From: Mobula birostris
Lineage: Eukaryota
Assembly: GCF_030028105.1 (NCBI RefSeq)
Contig: NC_092380.1
Location: 82,581,717-82,645,716 of the forward strand
Reading direction: 5' to 3'
Length of the DNA: 64,000 bases
Each line of letters opens with the position of its first letter. The first letter of the stretch is position 1. The translations under genes and the position numbers were made by a program. This document shows positions 49,290 through 61,200 of this stretch, piece after piece. The notes below the pieces were generated by a model. That model made no database searches. It was not told the DNA's origin and was given only the letters and a program-made list of their open reading frames with translations.

Positions 49290-50600
49290 GGAGCCCAGTG
49301 TGGTTTGAAAGTGCATCATCTGGAGATAATGGCCTAGAATTCATGGAAGCAATGAAGGCTGGAATAGGTAGAAAGGTCTGGAAGATGGAGATCGTTGCTA
49401 GACATTCCCAGCCATTATAGGAAGCAACTCCTGTGAGAGGAGTGAAAAGAACTGTAGCCAAAATGTGGGATTGAAATTGCAAAGGGAGCTGGAAAGGGCT
49501 TGTAATAAGGGTAATGTCACAATTGTAATGGGGAACTTCAATATGCAAGGGGACTGGGAAAATCAGATTGGTGTCAGATCGCAAGAGAGGGAATTTGTTG
49601 AATGTCTACAAAATTGCTTTTTAGAGCAGCTTGTGCTTGAGCCTGCTAGGGGAAAGGCTATCTTAGATTGGGTGTTGTGTAATAACCCTGACTTTGTTAG
49701 TCAGCTTAACGTAAAGGAACCCTTCAAAGGCAGTGGTCATAATATGATTGAATTCATACTGCAATTTGAGAGGGAGAAGCATAAGTCACTTGTATCAGTA
49801 TCGCAATGGAGTAAAGGGAATTACAAGGTGTGAGAGAGGAGCTTGCCCAGGTGGATTGGAGGGGGATGCTTATGGGAACAGAGATGGCTGAAGTTTCTGG
49901 GAATAGTTTCCAAGGCTCAGGATAGATATATCCCACTGAAGAAGTTGTTCTCATATGACAAGGGTAGGTAACCATGGCTGACAAGGGAAGTTAAGGGCTG
50001 CATAAAAGCCAAGGAAAGGGCATATAAGATTTAAAAGGGAGTGGGAAGTTGGATGATTAGAAAACTTTAAAAATCCAACAAAGGCAGCTAAAAAAAAACT
50101 ATAAGAAGGGAAAAGAACGAGAAAATCTGCAGATGCTGGAAATCCAAGAAAGACACACAAAATGCTGGAGGAACTCAGCAGGCCAGGCAGCATCTATGGA
50201 AAAAAATAGCTGACGTTTTGGGCCGAGACCCTACAGCAGAACGTTGAGTCCTTTTACACATTGTCTGTCAATGATTTAAATAATGGAATTGATAGCTTTG
50301 TGGCAAAGTTTGCAGATTGTATGAAGATGGGTGGAGGGATAGGTAGTTCTGAGGAACACCACTAGGTAGAGCCTGTGGTATGCTCTGTCACAGTCTGTGA
50401 TGGAGGCCAAGTCCGTGCGTATATTCAAGGAAGCTGATAGATTCCTGATTGGTTGGGACATCAATGGATATGGTGAGAGGGCAGGTGTGTGATGTTGAAT
50501 GGGATCCGGGATCAGCCATGATGAAATAATGGAGCGGGCTTGAAGGGCTGAATGGCCTAATTCTGCTCCTATGTCTTACGGTCTCGTGGTCTAACAGAAG
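49290..50600 (+). mobile_element. Degenerate CR1 LINE in the RAG2 5' intron
   Basis: IVMGNFNMQGDW...AILDWVLCN...GHNMIEF endonuclease remnant followed by the CR1 3' end. Confidence 0.8.
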
Positions 50601-52530
50601 TTAGCTTGATCAGGAGAAATGAGAATTAATTGTGGTGTGGTAAATTGGAATGAAATTTTCCAGAAGATTGGGTAAATTAATCCGAAAGAAAAGTTAAGTG
50701 ATGGCTGGCTTTAGTCCAGAGCTATTTTGTGGTTTGATCAGGACCCAGGAGGAGCTGTGTATTTATTGTCTGCTTGGGACTAAAAGCTAGCAGGGTACTA
50801 ATAAGTTTATAAACCCATTTTAAATTTTATTCTATTTAGAGGTACAGCACAGTAACAGGCTCTTCTCCTCCAATGAGCACCCGGCACCCAATTACATCTA
50901 TGTGATCAACTAACTCTCTAACCTGTGTATCCTTGGAATGTGGGAGGAAACTGGAGCACCCGGAGGAAACCAACATAATCATAGGGAGAATGTACAAATT
51001 CCTTATGGACAGTGGTAGAGTTGTACCCAGGTGACCGGTGCAGAAACAGCATTACGCCAGCAGCTACACTATCATGCTGCCCCTGCTTATGTGAAATGCA
51101 AAGTCAACCTATTGGTATTAAACTTTGAAAAATCCATAAATTCAGATTGGCTTTGCTTTAACATCTGCAGCCCTGATCTCTTTAATGTTGTTTCTAAAGG
51201 TCTCATTTGGCAACTTTATTTTAATATTGCTTCAATCAGGATAAGCATGCCATAGTTGATGCTTGCGCGGTTAACATTATTCTAGGGCTACACTCATTTT
51301 ATTCAAACCTTACCAGGGCACAGCTGTTATCAGCTCTTTTGGCCATTGACAATCTTAGTTATGAATTCTTTTTGTTATGGAGCCTAATGCGAACATTTAA
51401 ACATCCACCAGCTAATAGCTGAAGCCAGAACCTAGTTTCAAAACTTGAGTGTAACATTATTCATCTAACCAGCATCTGACGTGAGGAAAAGCTGTGAGCC
51501 GACTACTCTGTCATCCTTTCAACCTTTGTGCTGCTTGTGTCATGGGGGGAATTGTATACTCTCCTTTAATGACTTTCCTTCCCAGCCTAAATGAGATGGA
51601 TTGCCCTCCTTTCTTTCCTATATTAAATATCTAAAGGTCCCACTCTTGCCTCCACCTTAGCTTCCTTTGAGGAACTATTTATGATTCCCTGCCCTTCCTC
51701 AATATGCTATCCTTAATGACAATCTTGCTGCTGATGTAAGTTTACCTCTCCAACACCTTGCTCAACCCATGCTCTGTGTTATCGGCCTGCTTTCTGGCAT
51801 CCAATTCTGGATTACTGTGCGTGGGAAAACCAAAATTATTATCTTCAATTCCTACAACAAGCTCCATTCCTGACCAGCTGATTTTATCTTCCTGTCTGGT
51901 TAGTGTGAAACTGACTCCAATTTTCCTAATTTTGTTTTAGGACGGGTGACCACAGCCATTATCAATACTCTTCAGAGATTGTCTGCCTGGCTTTAGTGAT
52001 TGCATAACCAAGACTTGTGATCTGCACCAGCTGCTCATACGACCATCCACCACCTGCTCCCATGGCCTCACAGGACCCTGATTAGGGGGCTAAGCTGGTG
52101 CTACACCTTGCCCAAGAGTGAGCTGCAGGCTAATGGAGTGAAGGAGCACCTTACACCTCCTTTGGTAGGGATGTACTTCCACCCAGTGTAGCAGTTGGTG
52201 CGACGCTATGAAAGCTTGGGGTGTCAGAGTTCGGAGTTCAATGGTGCTCTATTTTCCTCCCACAATCCAAATATGTACCGGTAAATTGTCTAGTAATAAA
52301 GCTAGGGTTAAATAGTTGGGTAGCTTGGCAGTGCAGCTCATTGGGTTGGAAGGGCCCGTTCCACGTTGTATTTAATAAATCTCTATAAGGTTATCCCTCA
52401 TTCTCCTGCGCTCCAAGGAGTAAAGACCTAACCTGGACAAACTCTCCCTATAACTACAGCCTGCTAGTACTGTCATAATTCACTTAAATCCTTTTTGTGC
52501 TTTTTCCAGTCCAACCTCATCTCTCCTGTA

Positions 52531-53252
52531 GAGGTTGAGTACCCCTTATCCGAAACCCAAAACCTTTTTGAGTGCTGACGCGACTTCACAAATGGAAATT
52601 CCACAAGGTACTGGGAAGGTTCCCCGGCAATGCACAGGTCTCTGCGCACCACAAACAGTTCTGAGAAGTGACCTCACATTTGTAATGAGGAGAAGGTAAT
52701 GAAAAACAGAGAAAAACGCTGCATAAAGTGAAAAATGAAGACCTCAATTGTGTATTGAAAGAATGGATTCATCAGCATCGGAGTGAATATATGCTGCTTA
52801 GTGGTACGGTGATTATGAAACAAGTAAAGATCTATCATGACAAACTGAAAATGGAAGGTAATTGTGAATACAGGTTTCAGAGTTGTATATGGATGCATGC
52901 TTTGATAATAAATGAACCTTAGAATATTCAGCAGGCTGGTTGCAGAGATTTAAGAAAAGGCACGGCATTGAAGTTTTAAAGATTTGTGGTGATAAAGCGT
53001 CTGCTGATCGTGAAGCAGCAGAGAAATTCATTGATGAGTTTGCCAAGATGAAAATCTAACACACTGAACAGTTGCATCACATTTGTGCGATTAACTAGTG
53101 TAAGACAAAGACTGCTTACTGGTAGCAGTAAATTCAGAGTTGGAAATGATGGCGATCCCAAGCTATCTCGTTATTTATTCCAAACTCCGAAAAAATCCTA
53201 AATTCGAAACACCTTCAACTCCAAGCATTTCAGATAAGGGGTACTCAACTTA
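52531..53252 (+). mobile_element. Pogo/Tigger DNA transposon, internally deleted
   Basis: TIRs ggttgagtaccccttatc / gataaggggtactcaact with TA flanks. CENP-B-type HTH remnant LKEWIHQHRSE...AGWLQRFKKRHGI...GDKASAD. Confidence 0.85.
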
Positions 53253-53366
53253 TAATGGGTTTGGCCTCACCATTGACTTATACAACAATATAATGCTCCT
53301 AAAAACCTTTTTCACCACCCATAACGACACTTTCAATGCTCTGTGTACTTGTATAGTCCTATACTC

Positions 53367-53990
53367 AGTGGCCACTTTATTAGGTACACCTGAGTATCTG
53401 CTTGTTAATGCGAATATCTAATCAGCCAGTCACGTGGCATAACTCAATGTACAAAAACATGCAGACATGGTCTGGAAGTTTGGTTATGGTTCAGACCAAA
53501 CTTTAGAATGGGGAAGAAATGTGACCTAAGTGATTTTGACTGTGGAGTGAAAGTTGGTGCCAAAGGGGAGGGTTTGAGTATCTCAGAAACTGCAAACTTC
53601 CTGGGATTTTCATGCACAACAGTCTCTGGAGCAGGTTTTCCCAATCTGGGGTCCATGGACTCCTTGCTTAATGGTAGGGGTCCGTGACATAAAAGAATTT
53701 GGGAACCCCTGCTCTAGTGTTTACAGAGAATGATGCAAAAAAAATGACACACATTCAGTAATGGGCAGGTCTGTGGGCAAAAATGCCTTGTTAACAATAG
53801 AGGTCAGAGAAGAATGGCCAGACTGGTTCAAGCTGACAGGAATGCAACAGTAACTCAAATAATCATGTGTTATAACAGCGGTGTGCAGAAGAACATCACT
53901 CAGCACATTGACACGAAGTGGATGTGCTATGGCTGGAAAAGATCATGAAATCACTCTGTAACCACTTTATTAGGTACAGGAGGTATATTA
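53367..53990. mobile_element. Tc1-like remnant with a nested ~80-bp hAT MITE (53632-53711)
   Basis: Tc1-type end cagtggccactttattaggtacacc. The MITE (caggttttccc...gggaacccctg) is flanked by ctctggag / ctctagtg. Confidence 0.65.
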
Positions 53991-54589
53991 CACTGCTCCA
54001 TTACATTCCCTAGTTTCCTCCCTCACTGAATGTTTTGAATTGTAGGTAACTCCGTTCGTGTGTTTTTTAAAAAAAAACTATTAATACCCTGAAATGGAAA
54101 ATTTCATCAACTTTTGATCAATTTCTACCCTTTTGTCATGTCCATGTGAATCCATTTCCTGCTCTTTTCTTCCTTTCCTCAAGTTCTTGATCTGCATGTC
54201 TCTTAAAATGTGGTTGACTAGTATGTACTCTTTCCTGTAGCTTTATAACATAACAAAATCAGTTCGAAAGATTGAGTTTCTCCCTCCATCCGCAGAGAAA
54301 GTTGACCTGGTAATCATTTCCAGTATTTTCAGTGTATTTTCTTTAGTTTCAATTATTTTCTTTTGCTTTAAAAAATACTGCAGATACTGTAATTTGGAAA
54401 TCTGAAAAAGCAGAAAAGGCTGGAAATACTGGGCAGGTCAGATGACATCTCTGGAGAGCGTTTAAGGTCGACCCAGCGCTTTTACATTTTTCGTTTAGTT
54501 TGCACAGATTTTATAGTTACAAAGTTTTGCATACAAATAATGTTACAGAGACTTTAAATTACGCTCAGGTTTCCTTCCCTACTTTATAT

Positions 54590-54789
54590 TTGCTTCCGGA
54601 ACTAAATCTGATAATATGTTTTCCTGGCGGACACAATTCCGATTAAAAAAAGGACCACGCTACCTGATGGGATTCGTAGTTTATTTTGTTGATGTTGGGA
54701 ATGGTCTATATCTCCCGGCAGGTATCGCGCCAGAATTTGGCGTTGCCAGGGCCGCGGAGTAGGAAGCGGACGCTATAAATGTCGGACCA
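54590..54789 (+). promoter_or_regulatory. IFTAP: CpG-rich promoter and non-coding first exon, probable NWC/IFTAP (C11orf74)
   Basis: 16 CpGs in about 225 bp; ZNF143-type motif ACTACGAATCCCA (minus strand, 54668-54680); second TTCCCA core at about 54695-54705; ETS CTTCCGG at 54593; donor CCA|gtgagt at 54790. The position upstream of the RAG2 CDS matches the mammalian layout. No IFTAP coding exon was found in the window. Confidence 0.65.
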
Positions 54790-57700
54790 GTGAGTAAACT
54801 TGGTTGAAGCGGCGGCTTTGAAGTTAATCAGCACTGTAAAATGACCGCTTGATTTACTCTGGTAACGCAATTTAGTTTGGTTAGTTCCCTAACGCAGAAC
54901 AACTTCTGATCTATTTTATGTTTGCAAGGGTTTAGGTGCCTGTGGCCTCTGATGCACTCCATAAGCTTGTCTCTCCTCATCCATTCGTAAACCATGCTCA
55001 CTGACCCGCAGTCATCTGGTCATCTGGTGCTGGCAGATCCACACTCTCAGCAGAGAGGAGGCTAAGCGTGATTACAACCAAAATACTACAGAATACTCTT
55101 CATCGATTTGCACAAAATGGGTGGATTCCTTAATAGAAAATATATTATAGAAGTACAATAAGAAAATGTTGATAGCTTTTTAAAGATTGATATTCCCCCA
55201 AAACAATATTTGTTTACTTACATGATTAAAAAAAGAATTGTTGGAAAGCTTGAAATGCTAAAAGGTTTTAATTGAATTGGTATAATTAGCTACACGCTTT
55301 CTTTTGGGGAGACATTGCTGAGCTGCCATTTGGATACAATCCTTCAGGTTTAACCACATGCAAAAAAGGAAGCTGGAATATGCCGGGCACTTGTTAAGAG
55401 GTGGTGGACTGCAGAAATTGTTATTGGAAGGAATGATAGAAGGAACGAGGGAAAGAGGAAGGCAGTGAACCACTTGGTACGATAATGTGAGGCAATGGAC
55501 TGGGTTGAGTTCTGCTGATGCCAGAAAAAGAGCGCAAGATGGAAGATGATGGAGGTGCATAGCTGCCAATCCCGGACTCGGGACGGCACCCACTGACTGA
55601 GTGACAATATTATTTATGCAAAAGTCCATTATGAGAATTCTGCAGGACTTTAATGAGATTGACAATATGTGTTTTCTGTGTATGTCTTACTACTAAGTGT
55701 CTGTCCTGGGTCAGGTGTAGGATATTGGTCTTCGACTTGAGGTTGTGAGTTCAGATACATCTCCTGACACTTCAGCAGTTCAGCTGGAGCCTCAATGCTA
55801 CTGTCTCAGTTATAATATTTGAATTTGTAGGATCCAATTGGCTTAATTAGTTCCATGGTCAACAAAGAGCTGCTATTGACCGCTTACTGCTTATAAATCC
55901 TTCAATAACCTGAAGTTGGGTTGGAAAATGGGGAAAATAAATGTTTTTAATTTTGTATTTATATGTAATATCCCATAGTTGTTTAGTGAATTGGAAGCAA
56001 AAGCATACAATGTTGCCCCTCAATATTGCCATTTGATTTATGTGGTATTAAGATAGTTGTACCCTTAAACCCCATATGAATTTTTTTAAGGCATCCGTTA
56101 GTCTTGCGAGACCATGGATCTGCACCTGGAAAGTCTTTACTCTCCAGGACACAGGCCTGGGCAAGGTTGTATGGAAGACCAGCAGTTGCCCATGCTGCAA
56201 GTCTCCCCTCTCCACTACACCAATGTTGTCCAAGGGAAGGGCATTAGGACCTATACAGCTTGGCAGCAGTGTTGTCGCAGAGCAATGTGTGATTAAGTGC
56301 CTTGCTCAAGGACACAATGAATACTTAAGCTAAGTCACACTACAAGGCACAAGCATATTTAAAATTTTAGTTTCACAGCTAATGTTTTGGTGAGTTAAAG
56401 CAGAACTTAGTGTTTTTACATGATTCTTGTGTTCAGTGAAGTTGACATGCTATGCCGTTAAAGTAATTCTATTCAGTCACACTTGATATCTTGTTATGCC
56501 AAAATGAGACATGCTCTAGAGTCAACAATGAGAAACCTCTGCTGTCGTCGTGATGAAAAGAAATTATTTTTATTTAAATGTCAGTTGGTGGCATTTTTTC
56601 CTATGGTTTCGATCGAACCTTCAGCGCCAATTTGTTACTTTTTAACATCAGTCTTTGAACATAGCGGCACTATATTGATAAAGAAATATTGAAACCAATT
56701 TTGTTATAATTATATAATGGTAAATGTGGTAAATTTAGTATCATTTTAACATTAACATTATTTAGGCTTGGAATCAGAATCGTGTTTAATGTCACTGGCA
56801 TATGTCATGACATTTGTTTTGTGGCACAGTACAGTGCAATTGATAACAAACTATAGATTGCTATAAGAAATATACATACAGACTTTGAATAAGTAGTGCA
56901 AAAAGAGAGCATAAGTAGTGAGGTAGTGTTCAAAGGTTACTTCATTGTTCATTTGGAAATCTGATAGTGGAGAAGAAGCTGTTCCTAAAACTTTGAGTGT
57001 GTGTCTTCAGGCTCCTGAATTCTAAAGTTCTCTAAATGGACATTCTAAATGGACATTGAACCCATGAACATATTGCATTGTACTAGTGCCGCTAAGTTAA
57101 CAAATTTCACGATATATGCCTGTGATATTAAACTTGATTCTGATTCTTGTATCTCCTCCCTGATGGTAGCAATGAAAAGAGGGCATGCCCTGGGTGATGG
57201 GGATTCTTAATGATGGATGTGAGCTTTTTGAAGCTTCAGCTTTTGAAGGAATCCTTGATGCTGCAATATTCTTTACTTAAAATTATATCTAATTTGGTTT
57301 CTACTTACAGAAAGCCTCGCTACTTTTTATAAAATCTTTCAGGGTCTTTGCTGTTTTTCCTTGCAGAAAACCCACTGCATACAGTAGAACGTTTTCTTTG
57401 CACAGTTATGTTTAGCTCATGGACATGGATTTAAGGTAATTGAGCAAAGGATTGTAAATGAATTGAGGAATTAACGTTTTGTGAATAGCATAGACGCATT
57501 GAGCCCACTTCTAATTTGTTAATTTCTACATTTCAATGAACAGTGCTTGAATTGCCCAAGTAATACTCAAAATGTAAATAACTTTCGGACTTCATCAAGG
57601 AATGTGGAAAGTCTCTGCCTACGTGCAGTTGTCCTTTTCTTTGACTTATTCTCTCTCTCTTCTTTACTAAATGTATTTAAAGCTAACTTAGCTTTTCCTC

Positions 57701-58294
57701 AGTAAGATGACAATTGGGAATTTCAGACTTTCATTCAGCATCTTTTCTCATTTTGTACTTTCTTTCAATAAAGCTACTGTTGATCCATTTGAATTTGATT
57801 GGGTATTTTAACATGTAATAGTTTAGCATATGGACCTTCACTGCCCATAGATGTAGATATATTGAATGCATACTGCTAATATGATGCTCAGCTGTACTTG
57901 GCTACAAAAGAAATTACTTCTCACAACAACACGCGATAATTGAGTTGTCTGTTTTTCTTTTCAGTTTATAGCTTTGCAGATGTTAACATTTCCTTTTAAC
58001 CTTAAAATTAAGATATAATTATTCTTTTCTTTATTTTAACGAAGAAAATTACTGCAATAGAGAAAAATATAGAGACTGGCTATTATTTAAATCACTTGGC
58101 ATCACTTAACACTTTTCCCAAACCTCAAATAGCATAACAAATAACTCAAGAAGCACTAGTTTAGATAAAAACGTATGTTCTGTATTAAGTATTGTAAATC
58201 TACTTTACATACAAGACAGCTGTTAATTAGCACAACTACTGTGACAAAGTGTATGCCTGCCTTTAATATGAATATAATACCAAAATAATATTAC

Positions 58295-58500
58295 CTGTAT
58301 AGTGCAAATAGTTGCAGAGACTGGAATTGCTTGCAGAATTAGAATTTGCCGAACACCTGGTAAATATGTAGCATTCGGTCAATGTAGAGTGTCTCTGAGA
58401 GCATTTACAGCTGGTGCAAATGATTCCAAGCGCTTCCTTGATGACAGCAAATGCTAGTGAACAGCAGATGCTTCAATGACGTGGTATATTTCAAATGTGC
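58295..58500 (-). promoter_or_regulatory. RAG2: Candidate RAG2 lymphoid promoter and non-coding exon 1
   Basis: Minus-strand donor CAG|gtaata (exon end 58295) next to a dense E-box cluster (58354, 58408, 58417, 58448, 58465, 58492) in unique DNA. Motif-based only. Confidence 0.4.
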
Positions 58501-59129
58501 AAGATATTAAATGCGTTTATGTATACATTACTTTATAACTAATATCTAATCTTGTTCTTTATTTGTACTTATTATCTCCTGATTCCCTTTGTGCAACTGT
58601 CTTAATATTAAATCTCATTCTGAATTAAGATGCATCTAAAACAGTGGGTGTTAAATTAACTGTGCTTATGTTCATAACATCAGTAAAAACTGCAAAGAAT
58701 TAGTTAAATCAGCACACCACAGTTGTTGAATTTTAGTAGTGAATAATGTCAATGACATTTATTCTGGACTAAGAATCAATTTGCCCATTTCAGATGTCAC
58801 CCACAACAGTGGTTCTGCTCCCTCAAATTTCTACTCTGTAAAACAGCCTCATCAAATAGAAGATATATTTTAAAAGGTTTTAAAAAATTTCTCAGTTACC
58901 GTAATTCTGCTTGAAGTTACTAGTGCTGAAAAGGTTGGTGAACTCAGTGGATTCCGGTTAATTCGACACATCAGGGCCAGTACATTTTGGCCTAATTAAG
59001 TAGCTGCCCCTGTGAGCTGAAGTGTCATGGAAGTACTAAAAAGGTATTTTTTTAAAAAAAGCCAAGCTACCATTTAAATGAGGAATTTGAAGAGATTTGG
59101 TTTGTCAATTAAAACACTTGAGAACTTAT

Positions 59130-59670
59130 ATCGATGTGCCATGGAGAGCTTTCTGACAGGCTGCATCACTCTCTAGTATTTGGGGCGGGGGGCGTGTGCT
59201 GGTTTGCTACTGCACAGGACCGAAAGAAGCTACAGAAAGTTGTAAAGTTAGTCAGCTCCATCTTGGGTCCTTGCCTTCGTATTATCCAAGATATCTACAA
59301 GGAGCAGTGCCTCAGAAAGGCAGCGCCCATTATTAAGGAGCCCTATCACCCAGGACATGTCCTCCTTTTATTGTTACCATCAGGAATGAAGTACAGAATC
59401 CTGAAGGCACACACTCAGCGATTTAGGAGCAGCTTCTTCCCCCCTGCCATCTGATTCCTAAATGGACATTGAATCAATAAACACTACCTTTGTTCTTAAA
59501 GAATATTATTTCTGTTTTGCACTATTTTAACCTATTAAATATACGTATATACTTACTGTAATTGATTTACTTTTTTTTCATTCTATAATATCATGTGTCG
59601 CATTGTACTGCTGCTGCTAAGTTAACAAATTTCATGACACATGCTGGTGATAATAAACCTAATTCTGAAA
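59130..59670 (+). mobile_element. Rex1/Babar-like LINE 3' fragment
   Basis: AQDRKKLQKVVK...HPGHVLLLLLPSGMKYRILKAHTQRFRSSFFPPAI matches the C-terminus of the 3802-4470 element. Confidence 0.85.
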
Positions 59671-59775
59671 TTATGTATTTAAATGAAATACAGAACAAAT
59701 TAGAACACTTACCAATACAGGACTATAAAACTTTATTAGTTCCTAATAGTTATTGACAGAGGAATTCATCTAGAC

Positions 59776-60050
59776 CAGTGGTCCCCAACCTCTGGGCCGC
59801 GAAGCATGCAGCGGTGCAGCGGTAGCCGGAGCACACCCAGCACACCTTTAAGAAAAAAGCCGAAATAAACAAGCTAATTAGGTACTGCCCGGCATGTAAA
59901 TGTCGGCCCAGATCAGAGGCGTCTAATTAATTAGCTTGTTTATTTAGACTTTTTTCTCAAAGATATGCTGGGTGTGCTCCAGCTACCACTGCACCCCTGT
60001 ACGCTTCGCGGATTGGTATCGGTCTGCGGCCTGGAGGTTAGGGACCACTG
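59776..60050. mobile_element. hAT/Charlie-type MITE nested in a Tigger-like element
   Basis: TIRs cagtggtccccaacc / ggttagggaccactg; 8-bp TSD atctagac / atctagag (NTCTAGAN hAT consensus). Confidence 0.85.
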
Positions 60051-60330
60051 ATCTAGAGTATGCTGCTGTGTTCTTTTGATCGACTGTAAATGAACAAAAT
60101 CAGTGCAGACATCTAGTACAAATAGGAGATTGCTTTCATGGAATGCTTTCAATGATTGTATCCTCCAACTCTTCATTTTCATTATAACATTCAAGATGGT
60201 TGCAGATACCTTCAAATTCTCTTAACTTATTGAAGTAGTGAAATCGTTTCATTTTCACTCCTAGCTTTTTCCAGCATCTCCAAGTCTGAATGCTTGAAAC
60301 CACAGCGAGCAAAACAGTTCTGAATTGTCT

Positions 60331-61200
60331 TAAGACCATAAGACAAAGGAGCAGAAGTCGGCCATTCGGCCCATCGAGTCTGCTCCGCCATTTTATCATG
60401 AGCTGATCTATTCCCACATTTAGTCCCACTCCCCTGCCTTCTCACTATAACCTTTTATGCCCTGGCTACTCAGATACCTATCAATCTCTGCCTTAAATAC
60501 ACCCAATGACTTGGTCTCCACCGCTGCCCGTGGCAACAAATTCCATAGATTCGCCACCCTCTGACTAAAAAAATTTCTTCGCATTTCTGTTCTGAATGGG
60601 CACCCTTCAATCCTTAAGTCGTGCCCTCTCGTACTAGACCCCCCCATCATGGGAAACAACTTTGCCACATCCACTCTGTCCATGCCTTTCAACATTCGAA
60701 ATGTTTCTATGAGGTCTCCCCTCACTCTTCTAAACTCCAAGGAATACAGTCCAAGAGCGGACAAACATTCCCCATATGTTAACCCTCTCATTCCCGGAAT
60801 CATTCTAGTGAATCTTCTCTGTACCCTCTCCAACGTCAGCACATCTTTTCTTAAATAAGACCAAAACTGCCCACAGTACTCCAAGTGAGGTCTCACCAGC
60901 GCCTTATAGAGCCTCAACATCACATCCCTGCTCCAATACTCTATTCCTCTAGAAATGAATGCCAACATTGCATTCGCCTTCTTCACTACTGACTCAACCT
61001 GGAGGTTAACCTTAAGGGTATCCTGTCCGAGGACTCCCAAGTCCCGTTGCATCTCAGAACTTTGAATTCTTTCCCCATTTAAATAATAGTCTGCCTGTTT
61101 ATTTCTTCCGCCAAAGTGCATAACCATACACTTTCCAACATTGTATTTCATTTGCCACTTCTTTGCCCATTCTTCCAATCTATCCAAGTCTCTCTGCAGA
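60331..61200 (-). mobile_element. CR1 LINE, 5'-truncated, well preserved
   Basis: 265-aa ORF LQRDLDRLEEWAKKWQMKYNVGKC...RRNFFSQRVANLWNLLP with a (cttatggt)n tail. Confidence 0.93.

Noticed and set aside
54774-54779. TATAAA in the CpG-rich promoter
   Set aside because: It is only 10 nt before the splice donor, too close to position a start site for that exon.
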